From the NCBI GenBank assembly GCA_964016885.1, contig OZ024753.1, positions 45,942,001-46,006,000 of the forward strand: DNA of 64,000 bases. The letters are read 5' to 3'. Shown piece after piece: positions 44,620-61,155 of the stretch. This stretch comes from Eledone cirrhosa (Eukaryota). A program made the translations under genes and the position numbers. The notes below the pieces were generated by a model, which was given only the letters and a program-made list of their open reading frames with translations, ran no database searches and had not been told where the DNA came from. Numbering within the stretch: position 1 is the first letter of the stretch; the number at the start of each line of letters is the position of its first letter.

Positions 44620-45400
44620 AAACTGCAATATCGTCGTTGGACTTAAGAATATATAGATGACTCTACACATATTGTTTCTGATCAAATATAATTCAACAGT
44701 ATACAACCTACTTTGTTTATTAACTTATTCAGTGTCTGATATATCTTAAACGGCGTCAGATCTGGTTAGACTATGTAGTCTTAAACGGCGTCAGATCTGG
44801 TTAGACTATGTAGCATTGAAATTTGAGAGTTTATCTGTAAAATCTTTCCAAAGATTTTCCAACCCATGACTGATTACGTTTATGTTAAATAATATTACTT
44901 GCGATGCGGTCTATATCTATTACTTCTGTTTGTGTTCTCTTCATTGGTAATTCATTTGCTTCCTATTTCCCCTGATATCTGTGTGATCTGGTATCTAAAC
45001 CATTATTATTTGTTTACAATTTTCTGATAGTTTGTTAAGTATTTTTAACAAAACATTAGAAATATCACTAGCTCGATCTTTTTCTTGATAGAAGTAGTTC
45101 TTTGTTCGTAGTTCTTCCTTCGGTAAACAAAGACTAAATAAAAATATTTTCCCATTGGCCTCTAGATCAAATATTGTGAACTCCTTGTGTAATCTAAAGC
45201 TCATATCTGAATTGTTAGTCTGGAAAGCTCCAGGTGCTCCAAGCCCTCCTATTCTATTGTTTGAATGAGTCTCATCGCCATAAATGACCAATTGGATTTA
45301 AATTCTATTTTTTTAACGATTTTAATCATTCTCCTCATGAATGAAGCCAAATATCCGATTAAGGGTTTACCCCGGCTGCATGAAAAATCTAAAAAAAAAA
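44620..45400 (-). pseudogene. Heavily decayed L1/Tx1-like apurinic endonuclease domain
   Basis: Ordered degenerate motifs across frames: DETH (QETH), IFDLEANGKIF, KQIIMV (before GDFN), T*SN (TWSN), DQK (SDHK), RYCSF (GYWKF). Confidence 0.45.
44744..44813. repeat. Perfect 35-bp tandem duplication
   Basis: TCTTAAACGGCGTCAGATCTGGTTAGACTATGTAG x2. Confidence 0.95.
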
Positions 45401-45503
45401 CCTGGAGCATAGATCTAAAAATATAAGCTAAAAAGTTCAACAATGTCTCTGCTGATTTGATACGAACGCATAACGCAATAATTACTAATGTAGTTTACTA
45501 CAA

Positions 45504-48493
<2,990 letters not shown>

Positions 48494-49040
48494 GGGTGAG
48501 TTTCTCTCTTGCTTAGTTAAACTGTTGAACTCGCCTACTGCATATAGAGCAGCTAATATATTTTAACAATTGAATAAAGAAAATAATATAAATAAGATAT
48601 CAGAATCCCTTTTCTTATATTTTTTCCCTGTCGACGTATCTCTTTTCTTATCACAACTACTGCGATGGATTTCCATTTGGAAGAAATCTAGCGTCTAATA
48701 GAGATTTCTACGTCTGAGGAATATCACCTGCCTTTCTCTACGTTTAGCGTTCCGAAATTAAATATTAATAAAACTGAAGCACCTCAACATTCTCTCTGGA
48801 TCGTTCGCGATATCGTGTGTGAAGATTTATTCAACTACAAAATCGAATAAACAGAGAAGATACCTGCTAATTTCGAAATATGTGACGCCGTATCGTCTGC
48901 GGAACTGGTGACCCAGCTAATACAGAGATCGCTATATAATAGTATCTTACAACATTCACTAACATCTTCCATTGCACATTGACACACTGGAGCCAGTAGA
49001 ATGAGAGAGATGTCTAAGTTATTAACAAAAGAGCAGCATT

Positions 49041-49105
<65 letters not shown>

Positions 49106-49365
49106 GATTGTAAATCTGAAATGGAATGTATGAGTATATATATATATGTATGTTTGACGAAAAGATGAAAGTTTCTACAAGCATGTGCTAGAATAAGCAC
49201 ATTGCATTCACGAATGTATACATATATACATAAAAACATACGTATATACATACGTACGTACGGGCACGTATATATATATATAAGCAGCCATACATACACA
49301 CATGCATATATACATATATTCCTGCATACACACATTCACACATATATCTATAAACAACGATGCAT

Positions 49366-49429
<64 letters not shown>

Positions 49430-51210
49430 TAGTATTTAATATTAATACGTATGTATGTGTGAATATATAACTTTCTGTGTCATGTGGCGTGCATGTGTAT
49501 GTCCGTGTGTGTTTTATGCACTATTGTGTATTTGTAAATAATTGTGAGAATACGCATTCGTATGGAAGCCTATAGATGATTGAATGCCCCCCCCCCCCCC
49601 CCAAAAGACACGGATGTGTGAAAATAGTGTTTCTTATTAAAATGCTGTAGTATGTAATTGTCCTCTGTAAAAACTAGAAGCACACTCGTAAATTATCTTT
49701 GACTGTAAAATAATTTTTGCCAGTAACATTTATTTTTCTGTTTCTTCAGAATAATCACAAGATAGCTTTCTGAATATAATTAACTAATATTCAGAATTGT
49801 TAAGTCCTTCGTTACGACATCACTAATAAAAGATGATTTCAATGATTTCCAAATCATTTTGAAAATAAAGAATTTGTAGAGATATTAGTTACACAATTAT
49901 GTTTCTATGACTGTCGTTTATTTTTAGAGTCCTACGTATGACTAGATCTTGCAGAAAACTATGCCTAAAGGTTTTTTTAGAAAAAGAAACAGCTTAATAT
50001 TGTAGACCTAGCGGCGGTTTTATATGACTTTTATGAAAAGGGTTAAAACCAAAAAGACTGGAAAATATATAACTGCAGAGAAATATACGAATTAAGAATA
50101 TATTCGGCTAAGACTAGGAATTTTCCCAAAGGATAATAATATTTCTTTACATAGACTGACAAAAAATGGTACAATTTCTGGAAACGTTCACCAAATGTGA
50201 TTATTGCGTGACGTTTATCATATTAGCACCAACTGTAATGGTATAATTCATCTAAACGTTATTTCAGATGGAAGTAATAAAACCTTTTTCTTTTCTTTCA
50301 GAATGTGAAAACTATATATTTATTCTATTATTTGCTGGCAAGTGAAATAAAAGTCAATCGCATAAACCATCATAATTGTAGATATTACTTTTGTTGTATT
50401 TAGTGTTTCTCCCAGACTCACAATATATGTGCCATACCCTCATTTTGAATATATATATATATATATATATATACACAAACATGCATACATAACATACATA
50501 CGTACATAGATATGTAAATTAATATATCCCTTTGAAGTGAAATCCGATGAACTAATATAAATGTTCTGCGAGGCAAGACGAATTATTTTATGAAATACTT
50601 AAAATGCTAAATATATTAAAATTGTACATTCTAGAAAAGAATTGAACACTCATGTTGAAAATCCACTTCTCAAAATTGGAAATTATTTGCTAATGAATCT
50701 TGATATGTTATTCACTTCCACCATTGAAGATAAATGTTTACATAAAATATAGATTAACACAGATAAATACACATTTCTGTCATATCTGCTATTTCTTGCT
50801 TCGTATTTAACGATGTCTTTAATATTAGATATATGCCTGCTGTTTTATTGTGTCTACTAAAGAACAATTGGCAGGAAAAAAAAACATCATTTAAATTTTG
50901 TTGCTTTTTTGTGTTTCTTTAATAAAATATACACAACGTAAAGAAATCATAAATAACATGTACAGCAGTAATGGAGAATTCAATAATAGAATCGGTTTAC
51001 TTCTATTATTCGTATAAGTATGAGTCTCAACTTCCTCTGCCTCTCTCTATATATGTGTGAGTGTGTGTGTATTTGTGTCAGCTTGTATGTGGTAGTTTCT
51101 GGAGAAGAGTCTGATTTTCTGCTGCAATTAGAAATTCTTGTGGATTTTGCTTGTCAAAAATATATCTAACTATTGAAACGGCAGCAATTCGGCCATCGGG
51201 GTCCCAAATT

Positions 51211-51247
<37 letters not shown>

Positions 51248-52425
51248 CATATTTTAATAGGTCTTCATACCACTGCATGGGACGCAAAATCTAAACTTAT
51301 TTATTTGTAGCGGTGTATAATGCACAGTAAGACAGATTTGAATCGCATGGACGACAAAATAAATATATCTAATAACTATAATATCTGAACAATCTCTTTC
51401 CCCACTAACAATACATTCCCACCAAAGTTCTATTTTTTCTTCTCAAATCCCCACCTACAGCATTAAAAGAGGTAGAATAGTTTGATAGTAAAAGTCTATA
51501 TACACTGCGCCTATATAGACTATACATTAACGTCTGCGATCTTATGTCTGTTGATAATATATGAATGAGGGCTGTAGCGAAACAAAAGGAACTACAACAA
51601 TAACAAAACACAACAATCAATTTAATGGTACAAGCGTCATTAAGGAGGACCTATGTAAATATGGAACCTCTTTAATACGAAAGTAAAATCGATTCTGTTT
51701 TATTTCTTTGATATTTATCTGTGGTAATGTTGAGGCTTGTTACAAATTCCTCGTTCATTATGGTTTATTTCTTTGGAAAATATATTTTATTTATAAAATA
51801 TTATCTTTTTGTTAAAGTAATATATTTGAGATAAAATTATATATTATAAATAAATGAAATACAATTACCTAGGGAAGTTTTAGTGTAAAGTAAATAACGA
51901 CATGAAAAGAATTATTTAAAACTGATGAAAGTTGAAAAAATAAGAAAATATAGACGAACAAAAAGTTCATTCAACTGAAAAGAACGTTGTAAAAATAAAT
52001 AACAGAATCGAAGTAATGTAACAGAAATATCGAAGCCAAAAGCGATCAAAATTGCATTGAGTAAACATTTATTGCAATTTTCATGTTTATTTATTTTATT
52101 TTTAGATAATATATAATCGATGAACATCAGGACAATTGTAAATGCTAAAATAATAATAATTATTAGTATTATTATTACTATTCATATTACTATTGTTATT
52201 GCTAATATTTTTATCATTGTATTGTTTTTGTTAGGTTTATATAATTTCCCCTTAAAATTCTCACAATCGATGATATAGGGTAGAATGAAATAAATTTTAA
52301 ATAAAAGGAATCCTATATAAAAGTTTGTTAGACATTCTAAATAAGAAATATTTTAATTATAATATTCAACAAATGGTGTACATACATACCCACATACATA
52401 CATGAATAAAAACATAAGTGAATAC

Positions 52426-52469
<44 letters not shown>

Positions 52470-52557
52470 GTTTAAATTTATATATGCATACATATATATA
52501 TATGTTTGTGTGTGTGCGTATACTGCAGCTACAACTTCAATTTATACATATTGTATG

Positions 52558-52622
<65 letters not shown>

Positions 52623-52655
52623 TTCTCTTAATAGTAGAGAGATTGCTATTGTTTG

Positions 52656-52686
<31 letters not shown>

Positions 52687-52749
52687 TATTGACGTTAGTC
52701 TCTTTAAAATAAAATTTATTTGATATTATTCTAATTATTTTTGTTTATG

Positions 52750-53186
52750 TTTCTATTAGTGTGTTATATAGTGTGTGTGTGTGTGTGTGTTTGCTATACT
52801 TCTATTTGTGTGTTCTATAATGTCTGTGTGTGTGTGTGTTATACTCCTATTAGTGTGTTTGCTATACTTCTATTTGTGTGTTCTATAATGTCTGTGTCTG
52901 TGTGTGTGTGTGTTATACTCCTATTAGTGTGTTTGCTATATTTCTATTAGTGTGTCTATAATGTGTGTGTGTGTGTTTGTTATACTCCTATTAGTGTGTT
53001 TGCTATACTTCTATTAGTGTGTCTATAATGATTGTGTTGTGTTTGTTATACTCCTATTAGTGTGTTTACTATACTTCTATTAGTGTGTCTATAATGTGTG
53101 TGTGTGTTATACTCCTATTAGTGTGTTTGCTATACTTCTATTAGTGTGTGTCTATAATGTGTGTGTTTGCTCTGCTTCTATTAGTG
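52750..53186. repeat. ~60-bp minisatellite (GT)n-TATACTCCTATTAGTGTGTTTGCTATACTTCTATTAGTGTGTCTATAAT
   Basis: About six to seven tandem units with internal sub-repeats. Confidence 0.92.
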
Positions 53187-53412
53187 AAAGATAACGTATG
53201 TTATTTTATCGTCCTTTGTTCAGATGTAATTTTTACAGAGACAATACTTGATATTTTATTTTAGTTTTACGGAAGTCTTGCATGAATGCGAGGATCGATT
53301 ATCAAGATAAAAATATTTACTTTTTTCATAAATACACACATATATACATACACACACACACACACATAAACTGACTGACATACATATATATATATATGCA
53401 TAGAGAAACATT

Positions 53413-53452
<40 letters not shown>

Positions 53453-53571
53453 ATATTGCGTGGTGATACATACATTCCCTCACATATACACCTTATAGGC
53501 ATGTACAAACACAAGACAGACTCCACCCATATACACACAAGCATATATATATATATACACACATACATATA

Positions 53572-53618
<47 letters not shown>

Positions 53619-53874
53619 TACATTAAAATTACGTGAATAGAAACATTTTCCCCACATCAATGTTTGGTCGATTTCTCATAGTTTTGGTGTGTGTGATGAT
53701 GATCATCATCATGGCGACGATAATGATGCATATGGAGGGGCTGGGGCGTTGATCCTGGGGCTGGTTGATGAACACAATGATGATGATGATGATGATGATG
53801 ATAATGAGTAGTGAGGGTGAGGGTAAGCGAGGGTGAGGGTGGTGAGGGTGACGTTGGGCGAGGGTGGGGAGAAA

Positions 53875-54181
53875 GTGGTACAGGAGGAGGGGTACAGAGG
53901 AGGAGGTGGAGGAGTAGAGAAGGTGGAGGAGAGAAGGAGGGGTACAGAAGGTGGAGGAGAGAAGGAGGGGTACAGAAGGTGGAAGAGAAAAGGTGGGGTA
54001 CAGAAGGGGGAGGAGAGAAGGTGGGGTACAGAAGGTGAGGTACAGAAGGGGGAGGAGAGAAGGTGGGGTACAGAAGGGGGAGGAGAGAAGGTGGGGTACA
54101 GAAGGGGGAGGAGAGAAGGTGGGGTACAGAAGGGGGAGGAGAGAAGGTGGGGTACAGAAGGGGGAGGAGAGAAGGAGGGGT
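53875..54181 (+). repeat. 28-bp purine/G-rich minisatellite GGGGTACAGAAGGGGGAGGAGAGAAGGT
   Basis: Period of 28 (e.g. 54065, 54093, 54121). Confidence 0.93.
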
Positions 54182-54364
54182 GCAATGATAATGTTCATGA
54201 TGCAGTTATTGTTGTCACTTTAGACACCATTGTCTCTATTCTATGATTCTGTTAACATCTAATATTCATAAATAGTTATGTAATTTCCCGCCTTTTGTTT
54301 GCACCGACAACTTGATGTATAACCATATACACACGTATGTATAATGTACTATATAACCATACAT

Positions 54365-54416
<52 letters not shown>

Positions 54417-54599
54417 ATATAACTATAGACATACGCACGTATAATGTAATATATAACCATATACACACGTGTATGTATTATATAGTATACAAACATATAC
54501 ATACGTACCTATAATGTAGCATATAACCATATAGACACGTATGTATAATGTAGTATTCAAGCATGCGTATAATAATAATATATTTAACACTTATCATCA

Positions 54600-55539
54600 A
54601 TAATATATATATATATAAATATATAAAGGTATATATGGTGAACTAACTTATGTTTCTACATTTATTTGTATATATAATATATATATATATATATAGGTAC
54701 ATATATGATATATATAATATATATGTATATACATATAGATACATATATATATGTTATATATAATATATATATATACACACATATTGATACATATATATAT
54801 ATATATGATATATATAATATATATATACACATATTGATACATATATATATGATATATATAATATATGTATACACATATTGATACATATATATATGATATA
54901 TATAATATATAGATACATATATATATGATATATATAATATATTTAATATATATATACATATATATACGATACATATAATATATATATATATAGATACATA
55001 TAATATTTATATATATATGATATATATATATATATATAGATACATATATATATATGATATATATAATATATACACATATGATATATATATAATATATATA
55101 GATCGATACATATATAATATATATACACATATATATGATATATTATATATACACATATAGATACATATATATATGATATATATACATATATATATATATA
55201 TATGTATATATTTCGTTTCTAAATTTGTTTAGCAAGATTCTTTATCTGAAATCGTGTGTTGTTATATGCAACATTGGCAACATGACCCTCCCAAAGTATA
55301 ACAATATATATATACATATATATATATATATAATATATATACACATATATGTGATATATAATATATATACACATATATATGATATATAATATATATATAT
55401 AGATATACACATATAGATACATATATATGATATATATAATATATATATGATATATAATATATATATTATATATATATATACACATATAGATACATATATA
55501 TAATATATAATATATATTTATATACACATACAGATACAT

Positions 55540-55585
<46 letters not shown>
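54600..55585. repeat. Degenerate TA-derived minisatellite field
   Basis: Direct reading. Interrupted by the module at 55211-55305. Confidence 0.9.
55211..55305 (+). mobile_element. Third copy of the 43994-44072 module with a different middle
   Basis: Same start TTTCGTTTCT(G/A)AATTTG and same end ATTGGCAACATGACCCTCCCAAAG(C/T)ATAACAAT. Flanked by TA-rich repeats. Confidence 0.75.
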
Positions 55586-55588
<3 letters not shown>

Positions 55589-55655
55589 GAAAGGTATAGA
55601 AAACACTGCAGCGAAAAGCGAACAGCATTCCATAGTATATAAGTGACTATAGTGT

Positions 55656-55695
<40 letters not shown>

Positions 55696-55736
55696 CGAAA
55701 CATAAGTCAATTGCATGAACTCATAATCCTTTATTT

Positions 55737-55792
55737 ACTGCTATATATATTTCGATGATAGCCATTGAATGGCCATGACCTCATCAGGCAGT
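55737..55792 (-). ncRNA. Minimal type I hammerhead ribozyme (Penelope-like architecture)
   Basis: Minus strand reads ACUGC-CUGAUGA-GGUCAUGGCCAUucaAUGGCUAUCAUC-GAAA-UAUAUA-UA-GCAGU. It has a 5-bp stem I, a ~11-bp stem II closed by G10.1-C11.1, a palindromic AUAUAUAU stem III/loop and an AUA triplet. It lies between (TA)n tracts. Confidence 0.88.
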
Positions 55793-55866
55793 TAGTCAGT
55801 TCTTAAATATGCCAGCTCAGTGTTTATAGTGTTGATGGTATCAGAGCCTTGTGACATACATATATA

Positions 55867-55911
<45 letters not shown>

Positions 55912-56070
55912 CTCAAATATAAAACTGCACTATCCACAAGTGTTTTTTAGCCTTCATATCATGTTCTCCTGTTTTATCTGATGAAAACACAAATATTATT
56001 GCATGATGATGTTTGTTTTTGAAATGCGCATAATAAAATACATGGAACTCCTTTAACCATCTTTTGATCT

Positions 56071-56134
<64 letters not shown>

Positions 56135-56417
56135 AGAACTATTTGCAGCTATATCTTTTTTGTTGTTATGTTGTTTATTTCAGTGTTTATAGAGTTGAGG
56201 TTAAGTGAGAAATTGTATATCAGTATGTCCAATGATCCGAATATTTGAACATGTCTGACACTGAATAAATTATCGTCGTTTATTCCGACACTTTATTCCT
56301 TAATAACATTTTAATACATCACATCCGGGAATTTACTGATACCCACCATCATTATTCTGGTCATTACTGTATAATCTTTGTCTCTCTGTCTGTCTGTCTG
56401 TCTGTATATATATATAT

Positions 56418-56466
<49 letters not shown>

Positions 56467-56500
56467 TCATTATTTAATTAGAAAGTGAACAACACAAAAT

Positions 56501-56580
56501 ATAACTAATCCATCACCAAAGGTTTCTGGATCCAGACGATAATGTACACGTCTGGATCGGTCGTGAGTTAGAGATGTTAT
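56501..56580 (-). other. Degenerate hammerhead-like module between (TA)n tracts
   Basis: Minus strand: CUCACGA (CUGANGA with G5>C), a 10-bp hairpin GAUCCAGACG/CGUCUGGAUC, then GAAA-CC-uuu-GG-U-G. Stem I is only partial (AUAAC/GUUAU). Confidence 0.5.
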
Positions 56581-56581
56581 A

Positions 56582-56623
<42 letters not shown>

Positions 56624-57166
56624 ATATATATATATATATACAATATATATATAATATATATATATATATAATATATATGTATAATATATTTATAATATAT
56701 ATATACAATATAATATATAATATATATATATATATATACAATATATATGTATAATATATTTATAACATATATATATAACATATATATATATATATAAAAT
56801 ATATATATATATATAAAATATATATATATATATAAAATATATATATACAATATATATGTATAATATATTTATAATATATATATATATATACAATATATAT
56901 ATATAATATATATATATATATATACAATATATATATATAATATATATATATATATATACAATATATATATATAATATATATATATATATATACAATATAT
57001 ATATATAATATATATATATATATATACAATATATATATATAATATATATATATATATATACAATATATATATATAATATATATATATATATACAATATAT
57101 ATATATAATATATATATATATATATACAATATATATATATAATATATATGTATAATATATTTATAC
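56581..57166. repeat. (TA)n/CAATA minisatellite
   Basis: Direct reading. Confidence 0.9.
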
Positions 57167-57459
57167 AACCAAAAATAACAAAATTTAAAATTAGATTTAA
57201 TCCAACCCAGGTTGCTGTTAGAGACAAGAGGAACGCCGCTAGTAATGAGGAACTATTTCACCTACAATGCAGCACCTCCATATATGGTCATCCTGTAGTC
57301 TGTAGATAAATGAAAGACATGAGTTTTGGCTGAGTATTTCTAGGTTGGCTGGAATACATAGAAAGCAAGCTTTCTACTTCTAGCTTGGTGTAGTCCTTGT
57401 GTTTGTAATGAAGCTGGAACTGACAATGAAAAGAGCGATGATGAAAAATAAGAATGAGA

Positions 57460-57980
57460 AGATGATGGTGATGATGATGGTGATGATGATGGTGATGACG
57501 ATGGTGATGAAGATGGTGATGATGATGGTGATGAAGATGGTGATGACGATGACGATGGTGATGGTGATGACGATGGTGATGACGATGGTGATGACGATGT
57601 CGATGGTGATGACGATGGTGATGGTGATGACGATAGTGATGACGATAGTGATGACGATGGTGATGACGATAGTGATGACGATGGTGATGACGATGGTGAT
57701 GTCGATGGTGATGTCGATGGTGATGTCGATGGTGATGTCGATGGTGATGTCGATGGTGATGTCGATGGTGATGTCGATGGTGATGTCGATGGGGATGTCG
57801 ATGGTGATGTCGATGGTGATGTCGATGGGGATGTCGATGGTGATGACGATGGTGATGACGATGGTGATGACGATGGTGATGACGATCTTGATGACGATCT
57901 TGATGACGATCTTGATGACGATCTTGATGACGATGGGGATGTCGATGGTGATGTCGATGGTGATTGTTATGGTGATGGTG
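57460..57980. repeat. 12-bp repeat GATGGTGATG(A/T)C derived from (GAT)n
   Basis: Blocks of GAC, GTC and CTT variants. Confidence 0.93.
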
Positions 57981-59063
57981 TAAAAGAATAATAACAACAA
58001 TATCGAAAACAACCCCGATTCTGAAGATATGAAGCAGATGAAGAGAAGAAGGGGGAGGATGAGATGTGAGCTGTATATTATTTTATTGGAAATATTGAAA
58101 TAGCTACAGGCCGTATTCTGCTGTCTTTCAACTTTCACACATCCATTGTAGCATGAAATCCATATAAACGTGTATGCATACGTATGATTGTATACATGTA
58201 TATATAATTATATGCATATATATATATATATCTGAGTGTGTGTAAATATATTTGTATAAATATACATATATGTGGGGGTGTTGTATATGTACAGCTCCCC
58301 GCATACTCTCTCTCTCTCTCTCTCTCTGCATGTGTGTGTGTGTGTGTACATATAAAGGTCGTGACAGAACAATATGACTGAAAGTGGGGAACCATAATGA
58401 AGGAGAAGAAAAGGGGGTGAGAGGGCGAGAGAAAGAGAGAGAGAAAGAGAGCGAAAAAAAACGGGAAAGAGGATAGAGAGACAAAGAAAGAATTTGAATA
58501 ACAAAAGCAAAATGTCGCTTTTACATGTGAATGATTGTCCTAGAAATGTGGATCTCCGCAGTTATTCCATCTTAGTAATGTTACATCTTATAGTATCTCA
58601 CCTTGTTAACAATAATTACGTGTAATTACACTGCTAATGAACTGGCAAGTGTTAAGGAAATTACGTCACATTTTCTTTACTACATCGATGTATAATTAGT
58701 CCTACACGACTAATATAATTAGATACATTTAATTATCTAAACCTCTACAGGTATATGTCAACACCCTTAAAGCAGTGTCATATCACTCTGCATTTATTTC
58801 CATAAACATCTCTCGCCTTTTAATGAAATCACACGTTCCGAACGAGGAATACACACAGAGATACACACTTTCACACGTACATACACACACACATACACCC
58901 AGAAAAGAATATTTTCAGAGGAAACTTATACATTTGGGAGAGCATGGTAGAGGTGACGCCAGTTGTCGAACGATTCCTCGCTTTAAAGATCGGGAATCAT
59001 AATTCTTGAGTTTAGAATTCCTCTCAGAGATTATATTATACACACACACACATACTATATATA

Positions 59064-59098
<35 letters not shown>

Positions 59099-59145
59099 GA
59101 ACGTACGTACATACATACATATACACACACACAGATATATATTAG

Positions 59146-59301
59146 TGGAAGTAGGAATTCTATAAAGAGCTCAGCGGTTTCGGCTAGAAAATGTAATCAG
59201 ACGAAACCACCGAGCTCCAATAATATACCTGCTCTGCATCTTACAGTGTATCGAGTACATCTTTGATTTCCGCTCTTCTCGGTCCCAGTACCGCACACTA
59301 T

Positions 59302-59303
<2 letters not shown>
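59146..59303. other. (TA)n-flanked module with imperfect GAGCTC..GTTTCG/CGAAAC..GAGCTC hairpin
   Basis: Inverted repeat at 59167-59217 with the same motif layout as the 708-806 fold-back. Confidence 0.5.
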
Positions 59304-59352
<49 letters not shown>

Positions 59353-59808
59353 AAAAATCGAACGGGAACAAAACAGAGAGGCAGTACGAACAAAGGTTTA
59401 TTAGTTTCACGCTCTTGAGAGTCACCCCCTCAATATATATATATGGAGGGGGTGACGGAGCGCGTTTTATCATCTACCACAGACACATTATGCGCTGTAC
59501 ATGTTTCAGTATTCTGCCAATTTATGTTAAATAATTTAGTCAACTGATCTGAACCAAATTATGGATCAGTTCATCGTAGCTCTACTAAAATCATGAAATC
59601 CTACATCACCAGTCAAAACAAACACATTGTTTCTCTCTAACCACTAGAGCGGATATGCAATGTTGAATCAATATTATAGAAAATCGAAGTCATCTCAGCC
59701 ATGTTCAATAAAACAACAAGGTATTAAGGTCTACGTGATTATGATCAAAGAATTCTTCAATCCTGATTCGCCCTTCCAATAGGTGGATAAGCTGTCACAA
59801 ATATCAAC

Positions 59809-60085
59809 TGCGCATGACTTCATAGAATGCTTGACGTAAGAATCCAGTCTCCTCCGTTCGATTCCTCGGCAAGCTGCCGCGTTGTATACTGGAGTAAATA
59901 ACTTTATTTCATGTTGATCCAGTACACGTAGATTACATTGTGTACCACCAGTAACTGGTGACTTAAACTTGCCACAGACCAGCGTCCCTGCCCAGGGAGA
60001 GGCTTGTACTCTCAGCCGTTAAAACGCCAATGAAGCCGGGGTAAGTATTGGCCTGATGAGCCTTCTGCTTAGAATAGACTTTATC
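59809..60085 (+). mobile_element. Second-family SINE copy
   Basis: B box GTTCGATTCC and tail GACCAGCGTCCCTGCCCAGGG...GAAGCCGGG..GGCCTGATGAGCC, homologous to the 61820-62060 copy. Confidence 0.75.
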
Positions 60086-61051
60086 TAATTAATTACTCTA
60101 TTAAACGCTGAAATTCAATGCAGTATATGCATGGATTATAACCCATGGTTCGATTGACTGTTTCTCAAGAGCAGTACAGCAACAACGACAACAACAACAA
60201 CAGGCCTTAGAAACAAATTGAGAATGTGTGTTTACATACTTATATAGAATCCTAGATATACAATAGTTGATAAGGAACAAAACCTAAATATCATAAAAGA
60301 CCGAAGGATCAATGCTTGATCGAAACATTTCCAACTAGACGTCTGTTGGATCAGCTGATGAACCTGAGCTTTAAAGCAAGCTACAACAACGAGCTCAACT
60401 ACAAGGACGACAACATTAATAACAACAAAAATAATTATATATAAGAACTCGTTTGCTTTTTTGTTATGGTTCATATATATTTTATTTTTGTTTGTTTTTG
60501 TTTTTTGAAGTCCATAATTTCTGCTTCATTCTTAAAACCAGATAAAGTTGTCGATGTCATAATTAAAATGACAAAGAATTAAAATAACACTGTATTGTTA
60601 TTTTAAAGGATTGTTTTGTTTTGTCTTTTTTTGTATTTTATATAAATAATATTTCCTTTAAAACTCCCTCTCACCCTTCTACCTCCTCTCACCCTCCTAC
60701 TCCCTGTTTCTCTATGTATGAAGCTATTTTTAAATTTTAATTAAATCTCACTGATTTTGAATCAATTATGCAAATATATTACAATGGACTGATACAAAAT
60801 TGATTTCTATTCAAATTCCAGACACGGTATATATATGATCGATAAACCAGCTGTCATTAGACATACTACTGCTGCTGCTGCTGTGCTGTTACTATTAATA
60901 ATAATACATTACTAGTACAATTACTAGTACTACTAATGCGAAGATGTGAGCAAGGTAATGTTTGAACTCGTCTCCTTACATACAGAAGTTTAACAAAATC
61001 TGTGTGAATCCCAGGTGATCCATCAGCTACAACTATACCCTCATTAATTCA

Positions 61052-61099
61052 TAGTAGTAGTAGTAGTAGTAGTAATGTTGGTAGTAGGAGTAGTAGTAA

Positions 61100-61131
<32 letters not shown>

Positions 61132-61155
61132 CTACTACTACTACTACTACTACTA
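61052..61155. repeat. (TAG)n joined head-to-head with (CTA)n, forming a perfect palindrome
   Basis: Centre AGTACT at 61128-61133. Confidence 0.9.

Noticed and set aside
52750-53186. CRISPR-like regular repeats
   Set aside because: No unique spacers. This is a eukaryotic minisatellite.
57262-57299. Possible 38-nt minus-strand exon (TCTTTCATTTATCTACAG acceptor, GTGAAA donor)
   Set aside because: Weak donor and no recognisable peptide. It cannot be supported without RNA-seq.
57380-58138. Met/Val-rich and Ile/Thr-rich ORFs, and an Asp/Gly-rich frame suggestive of a biomineral protein
   Set aside because: Products of a 12-bp tandem repeat. The Asp-rich frame is preceded by a stop, and I saw no splice or signal-peptide evidence.
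60052-60075. CTGATGAG motif
   Set aside because: Part of the SINE tail, with no GAAA or stems. The CTGATGA at 39961 is likewise just the RTE stop and tail, and the one at 6591 has no partner.
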